Shown piece by piece: positions 20,943 to 29,981 of a stretch of 64,000 nucleotides of DNA. The notes beneath the pieces were generated by a model. It was not told where the DNA came from. It did not search any database and saw only the letters and a program-made list of their open reading frames with translations. A program made the position numbers and the translations under genes. The stretch comes from Rubripirellula sp. GTDB lineage: Bacteria > Planctomycetota > Planctomycetia > Pirellulales > Pirellulaceae. How positions within the stretch are numbered: the stretch's first letter is position 1; each line of letters starts with the position of its first letter. Location of the stretch: assembly GCA_965216875.1 (NCBI GenBank), contig OZ244207.1, positions 2,336,001 through 2,400,000 of the forward strand, given 5' to 3'.

Positions 20943-23417
20943 ATGATGCGTCGACTATCCGGAACATTCGCCTTGTTGTTGACTGCCAGCATTTCTTTCG
21001 CAGCCGAACCGGATCCTGATCCCGTTCCGGCTCCAGCGAGCTCAACGTCAGCGGCCGCCCCGTCTCAAAAGCTCAACCTCGCTGTCTATCCGCCAGCGAT
21101 CCAGCTCGACACGTCGCGTGACTATCAATCGTTCATCGCCGTGGTCAAACGCTCCGACGATGTGACCATGGACGTTACCGACGCCGCCCATTGGAACTTG
21201 GCAAACGACAAGCTCGCCAAGATCGAGGGCAACAAAATCGTCCCCTTGGCTGACGGTGAAACCGAGTTGGTTTGCAACATGGGCGGGAGCGAAATTCGTA
21301 TTCCTGTCAAAGTCACGCGTAGTGGCGAAAAGATGCCGATCTCCTTCGAGAAAGACATCGTTCCGATCATGACGCGAAGCGGCTGTAATACCGGCAGCTG
21401 CCACGGAGCCGCACGTGGCAAAGACGGCTTCATGATCAGTCTCTTCGGTTACGATCCAGCCGGTGACTACAAACGCATCACTCGCGAAATCGGGATGCGT
21501 CGAATCAATCTCGCCGTGCCAGAAGAAAGTCTCTTCCTGACCAAGGCAGTTGGTTCGGTGCAACACACCGGCGGCAAGCTATTTGGCGAGGACAGTGTTT
21601 ACTACCAATCGATCCTTGAATGGTTGCAAGCCGGCGCTCCTGGCGACGCCACACCACCGCCAGCGGTTGAAAAGCTCGAGATCTACCCACCCCAAGCGGT
21701 CATCGAAGGCACTGGCAGCAAACAACGCTTCATTTCAATTGCCCACTACGCTGACGGCACGACGCGCGACGTGACAAACCTTTCGGCGTTCATGACCAAC
21801 AACGAAACGTCGGCCGCAATCGACAACGACGGGAACGTCACCGCCGGAGCTCGTGGCGAAGCCTTTGTGATGGCTCGCTTTGAAACAAAGACGGAGGGAC
21901 GACAAGTCTTGGTCTTGCCCAAAGAGCTCAACTACAAGGCTCCCGAGATCCAAGGAAACTACATCGACCAACTCGTTGGCAAGAAACTGAACCAGCTGCG
22001 AATTCTGCCCTCTGGTCTCTGCACCGATGAAGAGTTTCTGCGACGCATCACGGTCGACATCACCGGCCAACTGCCAACGGAGCAAGAGTATCAACAGTTT
22101 CTCAACGACGCGGCTCCGAACAAACGTGCCGAGCTGATCGATCGTTTGCTCGAGCGCAAAGAGTTCAGCGAAATCTGGGCGATGAAGTTTGCTCAGCTGT
22201 TGATGATCAAGAGTACGAACCAAGTCTCTTACAAGTCGGCGTTCCTCTACAACCAATGGCTGACCGACAAGTTCGCCAAGAATGTTCCGATCGACGAGAT
22301 GGTTCGCGAACTCTTTGGGGCGACCGGCGGTACATTCAGCAACCCGGCGACCAACTACTACCAGATTGAACGCGATACATTGAAGCGTGCCGAAAACGCG
22401 GCTCAAGTCTTCATGGGCATCCGCACACAGTGTGCTCAGTGCCACAACCATCCGCTCGACCGCTGGACGATGAATGACTACTACGGTTTTGCCGCGTTCT
22501 TCTGTCAAACAGGCACCAAGAATGCAGAGGACTACCGCGAGCGAATCATCTACGACCGCCGCAGTGGTGAGGTCAAGCATACGGTCACCGGCCAGGTGAT
22601 GGCCCCCAAATTCCTTGGTGGCGAAACACCTGACACCAAGGGCAAAGACCGCCGTGTCGTGATGGCCGAGTGGCTTACGAGCCCCAACAACCCCTACTTC
22701 TCGACCAGCATCGCCAATCGAGTTTGGGCACACTTCATGGGCGTCGGTATCGTTGAACCGGTTGATGACATTCGCGTTTCCAACCCACCAACCAATCCCG
22801 AACTGTTCCAAACGCTGGGTGACAAACTTGCGGAATACAAATTCGACTTCCGTCAACTTGTCCGCGACATCTGCAACAGCCATGCGTACCAACGCACGGC
22901 GACGCCAAACGAGAGCAACCAGTCGGACACGCGCAACTACGCCTATGCGACGGTTCGTCGGATTCCCGCCGAGATGCTCCTCGACTGCGTCAGCCAAGTG
23001 ACAAACACCAAGGAAAAATTCCGAGGTTTGCCGCTGGGTGCTCGCGCTGTCCAAATCGCAGATGGACGCACCAGCACCTATTTCCTGAACACCTTCGGAC
23101 GCGCACCTCGAAATACGGTTTGCGACTGCGAGGCATCGACCGATCCATCGCTTTCACAAGCACTTCACCTGCTCAATGGCAGTGCCACCAGTGGCAAAAT
23201 CACTCAGGGCAAAGTCGTTGACGAACTACTGAAAGACAACGCAAGCACCGAGGACGCCCTGAAGCGTTTGTACGTGCGTTGCCTGTCCCGATATCCCACC
23301 GACGACGAAATGAAAGAGCTTTTGGCCAACGTTTCGTCGGCACCCAACGCAAAAACCGGCTTAGAAGACGTCTTCTGGGCCATTTTGAATAGTCGCGAGT
23401 TCGTCTTTAACCACTGA
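20943..23417 (+). CDS. DUF1549/DUF1553 (PSCyt2/PSD1) protein with Ig-like (Big_2) domains
   Basis: GCNTGSCHG; NYIDQLV..DEEFLRR; CAQCHNHP..W..DYY; NRVWAHFMGVGIVEPVDD; WAILNSREFVFNH. Confidence 0.93.
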   Translation: MMRRLSGTFALLLTASISFAAEPDPDPVPAPASSTSAAAPSQKLNLAVYPPAIQLDTSRDYQSFIAVVKRSDDVTMDVTDAAHWNLANDKLAKIEGNKIVPLADGETELVCNMGGSEIRIPVKVTRSGEKMPISFEKDIVPIMTRSGCNTGSCHGAARGKDGFMISLFGYDPAGDYKRITREIGMRRINLAVPEESLFLTKAVGSVQHTGGKLFGEDSVYYQSILEWLQAGAPGDATPPPAVEKLEIYPPQAVIEGTGSKQRFISIAHYADGTTRDVTNLSAFMTNNETSAAIDNDGNVTAGARGEAFVMARFETKTEGRQVLVLPKELNYKAPEIQGNYIDQLVGKKLNQLRILPSGLCTDEEFLRRITVDITGQLPTEQEYQQFLNDAAPNKRAELIDRLLERKEFSEIWAMKFAQLLMIKSTNQVSYKSAFLYNQWLTDKFAKNVPIDEMVRELFGATGGTFSNPATNYYQIERDTLKRAENAAQVFMGIRTQCAQCHNHPLDRWTMNDYYGFAAFFCQTGTKNAEDYRERIIYDRRSGEVKHTVTGQVMAPKFLGGETPDTKGKDRRVVMAEWLTSPNNPYFSTSIANRVWAHFMGVGIVEPVDDIRVSNPPTNPELFQTLGDKLAEYKFDFRQLVRDICNSHAYQRTATPNESNQSDTRNYAYATVRRIPAEMLLDCVSQVTNTKEKFRGLPLGARAVQIADGRTSTYFLNTFGRAPRNTVCDCEASTDPSLSQALHLLNGSATSGKITQGKVVDELLKDNASTEDALKRLYVRCLSRYPTDDEMKELLANVSSAPNAKTGLEDVFWAILNSREFVFNH

Positions 23418-23572
23418 TGAACGTAAAATGGCGACTGTGATCACGCACATGATCTCAGCCGCCACGCGATGAAACTCACGGGGGGAAAGACAAACGCTTT
23501 CCCCAATTCCGCCAGGACCGTTACGTAACAACGGTTCCCTAGGCGCATCCATTCTCTGTGACGAAAACGAAG

Positions 23573-26500
23573 ATGAATCGTATCGTTTTGACTCTCGGCG
23601 GCTTGGCAGTTGTTGCATCCACGGCACTCGCGCAGGAAGCAAAAAAGGAAACTCCCAAAGATCCACCCAAGATCAATTACGCCGAGCATGTGCTGCCGAT
23701 TTTTCGTGAGCACTGTATGAAGTGCCACAACGCCAACGACGCCAAAGGCGGCCTTGCGCTCGACAGCTTCGCAGCATTGATGGAAGGCGGCGGTAGTGGC
23801 GAGATCGTGTACGACGGCGATGCCGACGGCAGTCGTCTGTATCAATTGATGATCCATGAAGACACGCCGGTCATGCCGCCGAATCAGGATCCAATTGCCA
23901 AAGAGAAATTGGATGTCATCAAAAACTGGATCAACGGCGGTCTGCTCGAAAACAGTGGAAGCAAGGCCCGTAAAAAGAAAGGCCCCTCGCTTTCAGTAGC
24001 CAACCTTGCAATCGGCGAAAAACCTGAAGTCATCTCGATGCCCCAGAGCACATGGCGTGTTCCGGTGGTCGTCTCGAAACGAGCGGCCGCATCGTCTGCA
24101 CTCGCAGTAAGTCCATGGGCGCCTCTTGTTGCCGTGGGCGGACAGCGCCAAGTTGCGTTGTACAACACCGATACCGCGGAACTGCTGGGCATCTTGCCTT
24201 ACCCCGAGGGCATTCCACAATCGATTCGCTTCAACGTCGATGGTTCTTACCTGCTTGTCGCCGGTGGCACGCACGCTTCACGCGGCGTCGCAGCCGTCTA
24301 CGACATCAAGACGGGGCAACGTGTTGTTGCTGTTGGCGACGAACTTGATACCGCGTTTGGTGCGGACATCAACGAAAGCATGAGTCGCATCGCGACCGGC
24401 GGCCCTGAAAAGCTCGTCCGCATCTACGACGTTGCTTCGGGCGACAAGCTTTTCGAACTCAAGAAACACACCGACTGGATCTACTGCGTCGACTACAGCC
24501 CAGATGGAATCTTCGTTGCATCGGGCGACCGAAGCGGCGGATTGCATGTCTGGGAAGCTGATACGGGTCGCTTGTACCTCGATCTAGTCGGCCACAAAGG
24601 TGCAATCCGCGGAATCTCCTGGCGTGCTGACTCGAACGTTTTGGTCAGTGCCAGTGAGGACGGCACCGTGAAAATGTGGGAAATGAACGAAGGCAAACAG
24701 CTCAAGAGCTTCAATGCTCATGGCGGCGGTGCAACCGGCATCATGATGGGCAAGGATGGCCAAATGGTGACCAGCGGCAAAGACCGTACGGTGAAATTCT
24801 GGAAAGCCGATGGCGGTGGCATTCGTACCTTCCCCGCCTTTGCTGAACCTGCACTCGAAGCCGTCATCACGCACGACGGCAGCAAGGTCATCGGCGGCGA
24901 CTGGAGCGGTCGAACGGTGATGTGGAACAGCGCCGACCCGAAACAAGCCGTTGAATTGGCTGCCAATCCCCCAACGTTGCAACAACAACAAGCTGCCTTG
25001 ACCGCGCGCGTCGCGGAACTTGACAAGTTGGTCGCCCAAGCCTCCGCCAATTATGCCAACAGCCAAAAAGGCGTTGAAGTCGCCAAAGCTGCGCATGGGG
25101 GCATGGTCAACAAACTCGCCGAAACCAAAAACCTGCTAGCCAAGGCGAACACCGATAAAGCGGCGGCCGACAAGAAAATGGCTGATCTCAAAGCCCAGCG
25201 TGCAAGCGAAGATCAGAAACTCAAAGCCGCAAACGCGAAAATCGCGACGCTCGACAAGCAAATCAAAGACGCGACTGCACGGCTTGCCACTGCAAACCAA
25301 CAAGCTGCGGCTGCCACCACGCGCCGCGAGGCTGCAAAGAAAGAGTTGGCAACGGCGCAAGCATCACTGACCGACCTGAAAGCCAATATCGCCAAGGTCA
25401 AACAGGCTGCCACCGCGCGACTAAGCCAGCTGACGATGTCAGAGCTCGATGTCGCCGCCAAGGAACAACTCGCCGCACGCACCGAAGCGAACGCTGAAAA
25501 TGCTCGCAAGGCAAGTGAGCAGAAGCTGAACGACACGAACGGAAAGATCGCTGCACTCAACGCCCAGATCAAGACTTCGACCGAGAAGATCACGGCACTG
25601 GCCGCTGAAAAGAAAGCATCCTCCGAACTGATCGTTTCTCATACCGCGAAGGTCACCGAAAGTCAGAAAGCCGTCGACGCAAAGAATGCGCAGATTGCTG
25701 GCATCCAAAAACAGATCGCCGAAGCGAAAGACGACGCGCAAAAGAAGACGCTCAACGAGCAACTCACCAAGGTCCAAGGCGAACTCAAGTCCGCCCAAGG
25801 TGTGAAGGCTGCTGCCGATTCCCAACTCTCCGAATCCAAATCGAAGCTTGCTTCAATCGACAAACAAGTCGTTGACCTCAACAATTTGATCGCTAGCTCG
25901 AAAAAGCAGCTCGAACCGCTCGCACCTCAACGCGATACATTCGCCGCACAACTGAAACAGCATTTGACCAATCGCGACGCCGCCGCGACCGAAAAGGCCA
26001 AGCACACCGCGGCCCGCAATCAGGTCATGGCGCAGATCAAGGCGGAGGAAAAAAACAAGGCCCAGACGGTCGCCAAAATTGCCGACATGGTCGCCCAGGA
26101 AAACGGACTGACAGCCAAAGTCCAGCAACACCAAGCTTCTGCCAATCGCGAAGAAGCCGCTCGCGTTGCCGCCGCAAACCAAGCAACCACCGAGCAACAG
26201 GCCATCGACAAGAACAAGCCTCTTCTGGCAGCCGAGCAAGCGATCAAGCAAACGGCCACAAAGAAAATCGGTGAACTCGATGCAGCTTTGAAGGCACAAC
26301 CTGGCGTGATCGCAGGATTCGCAAATGCAATCAAACAACACTCTGCTGCGATGCCAAACATCGAAAAGCAAATTGCGGCGATGAAGACCAAAGTGGACGA
26401 GTCGAACAAAGCGATGGTCGCCGCTAAGACCGCGGTCGATACAGCTGGAGCTAACGCATCAGCCGCTAAGAAACGGCTGGAAAGCATCAAGACGGAGTTG

Positions 26501-26845
26501 GTCGCCTTCGAATCCCACGCGGCCAAACTCGCAGCAGAATTTGAGCAGATGCAAGCGGACGCCGATGCAAAACGCAAAGCAGTGACTCCTCAGGCGGACG
26601 CGGCTGCGAAGTTGACCGCATCGATGACTGCACGTGACGCTGAAATGAAAAAGATCGCCCAGACTGTTGCGATGCTCCAGGCAGAAATGTCCGCCATGCA
26701 GAAGTCACAAGCGACCGACAAACAATCACTCGACACAGTCAAAGGCAAGCTGCAAGAGCTCGAAACGGCCGCCGAAGACGCCGAAGCCGAAGCAGCAACC
26801 CGCAAGGACAAGCTCGACTTCTTCAAGTCTGCCTACGGAGCGTAA
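23573..26845 (+). CDS. Planctomycete cytochrome c (PSCyt1), WD40 propeller and very long coiled coil
   Basis: Signal peptide; VLPIFREHCMKCH..GGLAL..MPP..WI; WD repeats (HTDW, GHKG..DGTVKMWE); ~620-aa Ala/Lys/Gln/Glu-rich C-terminus. Confidence 0.88.
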   Translation: MNRIVLTLGGLAVVASTALAQEAKKETPKDPPKINYAEHVLPIFREHCMKCHNANDAKGGLALDSFAALMEGGGSGEIVYDGDADGSRLYQLMIHEDTPVMPPNQDPIAKEKLDVIKNWINGGLLENSGSKARKKKGPSLSVANLAIGEKPEVISMPQSTWRVPVVVSKRAAASSALAVSPWAPLVAVGGQRQVALYNTDTAELLGILPYPEGIPQSIRFNVDGSYLLVAGGTHASRGVAAVYDIKTGQRVVAVGDELDTAFGADINESMSRIATGGPEKLVRIYDVASGDKLFELKKHTDWIYCVDYSPDGIFVASGDRSGGLHVWEADTGRLYLDLVGHKGAIRGISWRADSNVLVSASEDGTVKMWEMNEGKQLKSFNAHGGGATGIMMGKDGQMVTSGKDRTVKFWKADGGGIRTFPAFAEPALEAVITHDGSKVIGGDWSGRTVMWNSADPKQAVELAANPPTLQQQQAALTARVAELDKLVAQASANYANSQKGVEVAKAAHGGMVNKLAETKNLLAKANTDKAAADKKMADLKAQRASEDQKLKAANAKIATLDKQIKDATARLATANQQAAAATTRREAAKKELATAQASLTDLKANIAKVKQAATARLSQLTMSELDVAAKEQLAARTEANAENARKASEQKLNDTNGKIAALNAQIKTSTEKITALAAEKKASSELIVSHTAKVTESQKAVDAKNAQIAGIQKQIAEAKDDAQKKTLNEQLTKVQGELKSAQGVKAAADSQLSESKSKLASIDKQVVDLNNLIASSKKQLEPLAPQRDTFAAQLKQHLTNRDAAATEKAKHTAARNQVMAQIKAEEKNKAQTVAKIADMVAQENGLTAKVQQHQASANREEAARVAAANQATTEQQAIDKNKPLLAAEQAIKQTATKKIGELDAALKAQPGVIAGFANAIKQHSAAMPNIEKQIAAMKTKVDESNKAMVAAKTAVDTAGANASAAKKRLESIKTELVAFESHAAKLAAEFEQMQADADAKRKAVTPQADAAAKLTASMTARDAEMKKIAQTVAMLQAEMSAMQKSQATDKQSLDTVKGKLQELETAAEDAEAEAATRKDKLDFFKSAYGA

Positions 26846-27300
26846 GCCGACAACGGCGTCGCCTCTAGCGTCGCAGCCCAGAGGGCGATCTATCCGTGCC
26901 GGTGGTGTTAGCCACCGGATCTGAGGCATCACTTAGTCAAGCCCGGCGGGCGTTCGGAAGAGATGGCAGAAAGATGGTGGGCAAAAAAATAGAGCCGATT
27001 GCCTACGTCTTCGAGCGGTTTGGAACACTAGTCGACGCTAATCGTCACTCATCAAAGAGTTGATGATCGGACGTCGGTATTTCGTGTGGGATAGAGATCG
27101 AAGATCGCCAAGCTGTACCAGCGATGACTTGCTCACGACGTTCTGTTGGAGCAGGGTGGGCATGTGCACTCGGCCTTGATTAGTGACGATCAGAGGCGAT
27201 GAGTGTTCCCCTCCTTTCTTATTGCCGGTTATTTGGGGACACAGCACAAAATTGAATCGTGCGATGACCGCGCTGCGTTCCCCTTCCGCGTTGCTTGATT

Positions 27301-27634
27301 GACTTGACCCAACAATCACGCAAAACGCACAGAGTGCTTTTCGTGCCTTCTTGCGTTTTTTGTGGCCATTCTCTGCATCAAACGTAGGGTGTGTGCTTGC
27401 ACGCACCGATTCTTTCATTGCCGTATTTCGCTCCGCGAAAGTTGCGTCCGACCGCTCTCTTCACGCGATACCTATTCGACTTGCCCCAACAATCACGCAA
27501 AACGCATAGAGTGCTTTTCGTGCCTTCTTGCGTGTTTTGTGGCCAATCTCTGCATCAGAAGAAGAAGCGGTGCGTGCAAGCACACACCCTACGACATTGT
27601 CGCCTTTCGCTCCGCGAAAGTAGCGTCCGACTGC
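27301..27634. repeat. Two-unit tandem mosaic repeat (period ~177 bp) with an inverted internal REP cassette
   Basis: 27301-27380 vs 27478-27557 match at 76/80; tails 27416-27455 vs 27595-27634 are similar; middles 27383-27414 and 27562-27593 are reverse complements (31/32). Confidence 0.9.
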
Positions 27635-27730
27635 AATAATGAGCAAGCTTGACCATACTGTCTCGGAGCATCTTGATGCCCAGATGTTTCGAAAACAAAT
27701 TGATGTCCACTCAGCTCTGGTCCACTCGCC

Positions 27731-28204
27731 ATGAAGCAGCGTCAGCTTTTCATATTGCTCGCCGTTCTTGCCTTGCTTCTGCTTTTTCCCATTGGGCTTT
27801 CGATGCGCGAGAGCTATCACCGCTGGCGTTTCGCTCATTCAGAGCGTGCAGTCGTAAATAAGCAGCCCACACGTTCGCTTGTGCTCTTCAAGAATGACCA
27901 TGTCGCCAAGAACTACCATCTGGAGCGACTTGTCGACCTCGGGGCGATCAAGAAAGTGGAGTACGAATTCGTCTCCATTGAAAATGCAACTCCCGAGGCG
28001 CAAAGCATCCTGGAAAGGCTTATCGATCGAACTGGACCAACCTACATCCAGTTTCAGTCACCGGTCGGCGAACCCGACACGCCGCTCGAATTGACTTTAT
28101 GGCTCGATCCAGCAGACGAATCAGCGTGGCGGTCTTTTCTTCAAGAAGTTGATCGCAAGGGTGAACAATCGCTCAACGATGCGTCAGCCGAAGCTCAAGA
28201 GTAG
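27731..28204 (+). CDS. Hypothetical membrane-anchored protein
   Basis: ATG start, N-terminal hydrophobic anchor, 157 aa. Confidence 0.6.
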   Translation: MKQRQLFILLAVLALLLLFPIGLSMRESYHRWRFAHSERAVVNKQPTRSLVLFKNDHVAKNYHLERLVDLGAIKKVEYEFVSIENATPEAQSILERLIDRTGPTYIQFQSPVGEPDTPLELTLWLDPADESAWRSFLQEVDRKGEQSLNDASAEAQE

Positions 28205-28281
28205 ATCCCAAACACGATTTCGCGGCCAACGCTCGTCAATGTCATGCCCCGCAAGTCGCCAGCCACACGTGAAAGAGGTTT

Positions 28282-28353
28282 GCCACAAGAAACACGAAAA
28301 GGCACAAAAGGCATTTGCCCCTATCCTTCGTACGCTCTCGTGTTTCTTGTGGC
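28282..28353. repeat. Inverted repeat of the gccacaagaaacacga family
   Basis: Perfect 16-bp arms at 28282-28297 and 28338-28353; related to the ..gttttttgtggcca block in the 27.3-kb units. Confidence 0.75.
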
Positions 28354-28471
28354 CAATCTCTTTTTCTGAGATGATTGGAAGGTTGCGCGAATTCGGTTTC
28401 ATTCAATTCGAAGCCCGACGCCTGACACTCAATGCCAATGCACGGGCGGAGCCTTAACAGGAATCAAGCCA

Positions 28472-28858
28472 ATGAAGACCAATACAAAACGCGTTTTTGT
28501 GATCGTGGGTTTGCTCTTCGCGTGCTTCGTTGTCACGGTGAGCTGGTCGGCGTTCAAAGCGGTGGCATGGGCTCGTGACCTACCCAATCGCGTTGTCATT
28601 GATGTCGAACCCATGGCAAATGCCTTCGGTCAAGCAGTCAACGATTCCTACCATCTCGCTCTGCGTGGAAGCGATGAAACGGTTCAGCTTCAAGTGCTCG
28701 AAGATCAATTCGAGCCTTTGATACGCGAAAGCGATGAAGGAGCCGAATGGATCCGTAAGGAGTTCCACGACGATCTCTCAGCACTTGTCGACTCGAGTAA
28801 CCCCGAGGTTTCAAAGGCAGCGTCCAACATCCTCTCGTTGTTAGATGGGGCAAAGTAG
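28472..28858 (+). CDS. Hypothetical membrane-anchored helical protein
   Basis: AGGA RBS, N-terminal TM, HEAT-like C-terminus DSSNPEVSKAASNIL. Confidence 0.6.
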   Translation: MKTNTKRVFVIVGLLFACFVVTVSWSAFKAVAWARDLPNRVVIDVEPMANAFGQAVNDSYHLALRGSDETVQLQVLEDQFEPLIRESDEGAEWIRKEFHDDLSALVDSSNPEVSKAASNILSLLDGAK

Positions 28859-28910
28859 AGTGCAGGCTGCTGCCTACCTTTGCCGGGCCCGACCTTTGTT
28901 CAGTCCAATA

Positions 28911-29981
28911 TCAGTCACGTGGAACTTCGATGCCGCGGATCAGCGTGGCGAGTTCTTCGTCCGTATTGCGACCTTCGATTTCCGCTTCTGCAGTGAGCTG
29001 CACGCGGTGCCTAAGTGCGGGCACGGCGATGTCAACGACATCATCAGGGATCGCGTAGTCACGACCGCCGAACGCCGCCAACGTTCGCGCTGACTGCATC
29101 AGCGCGAGCCCCGCACGCGGTGATGCTCCAATGTGAAACGCCGGCCATGTTCGCGTTGCTCGGACGATTTTGTTGATGTAGTCGACAAGGTTGTCTTCGA
29201 TCAACACAGTGCCACACATCTCAATCACTTTTTGCAATTGCTCGGGATTGGTCACCTTGCGAACTTCTTCCATCAGTCGTTTGTTGACGTCCACCTGTTT
29301 GCTGTGCAGCTTCAGAATCTCAGCTTCTTGTTCGGCAGTCGGATAGTCGACGCGCAACTTGAACATAAAGCGGTCAAGTTGAGCTTCAGGCAAGTTGTAG
29401 GTGCCTTCGCTCTCGAGTGGGTTCTGTGTTGCGAGCACCAGGAACGGGCGTGGCACTTTGTGGCTCGTTCCATCAATCGTTACCCGATACTCCTGCATGA
29501 TTTCCAGCAGCGCCGCGTGCGTTTTCGCCGGCGATCGGTTGATTTCATCAGCAAGCAAGAACTGGGTGAAGACCGGGCCGGGGCGAAAACGAAACTCGCT
29601 TTCCTGCATGTCAAACACGGGCGCACCGGTGATGTCCGATGGCATCAAGTCCGCGGTGAACTGGATTCTTCCGTTCTCGCAACCTAGCACCTGGCCAAGC
29701 GTTCGGACGAACAGTGTTTTCCCAAGTCCGGGAACCGACTCGATCAGAACGTGGCCCCCCGAAAACAGCGCAGTCAGCGTGCCAAGCACGAGTTCATCCT
29801 GGCCGACATACAGCTTGCCGATCTCCGCGGAGATCGCATCAAAAAGCTGTTGGACAGGCTTGAACTTTTCCGATTGGACGCGAGCGGCTTGTGGCGTTGC
29901 GCCTCCAGAGGCTGGGTTACCGGAGGTTGGATTACCTGATCCGGGTGCGCCTGGCACGTCGCTTGGGGGAACATTACTCAA
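28911..29981 (-). CDS. MoxR family AAA+ ATPase
   Basis: GHVLIESVPGLGKT, RIQFTADLMPSDITG, LLADEINRSPAKTHAALLE, ATQNPLESEGTYNLPEAQLDRF. Confidence 0.95.
   Translation of the reverse strand: MSNVPPSDVPGAPGSGNPTSGNPASGGATPQAARVQSEKFKPVQQLFDAISAEIGKLYVGQDELVLGTLTALFSGGHVLIESVPGLGKTLFVRTLGQVLGCENGRIQFTADLMPSDITGAPVFDMQESEFRFRPGPVFTQFLLADEINRSPAKTHAALLEIMQEYRVTIDGTSHKVPRPFLVLATQNPLESEGTYNLPEAQLDRFMFKLRVDYPTAEQEAEILKLHSKQVDVNKRLMEEVRKVTNPEQLQKVIEMCGTVLIEDNLVDYINKIVRATRTWPAFHIGASPRAGLALMQSARTLAAFGGRDYAIPDDVVDIAVPALRHRVQLTAEAEIEGRNTDEELATLIRGIEVPRD

Noticed and set aside
21735..23054. 439-aa antisense ORF (also 17440-18393, 19275-20246, 48800-49843 and similar)
   Set aside because: Shadow frames opposite well-supported genes, expected from codon bias; no motifs.
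27301..27634. CRISPR array
   Set aside because: Only two long units; the intervening segments are inverted copies of each other rather than unique spacers; no cas genes in the window.
27038..27838. ORFs spanning the mosaic repeat (27038-27418, 27362-27652, 27461-27838)
   Set aside because: Their sequences are largely translations of repeat DNA or antisense to the 27731 gene.
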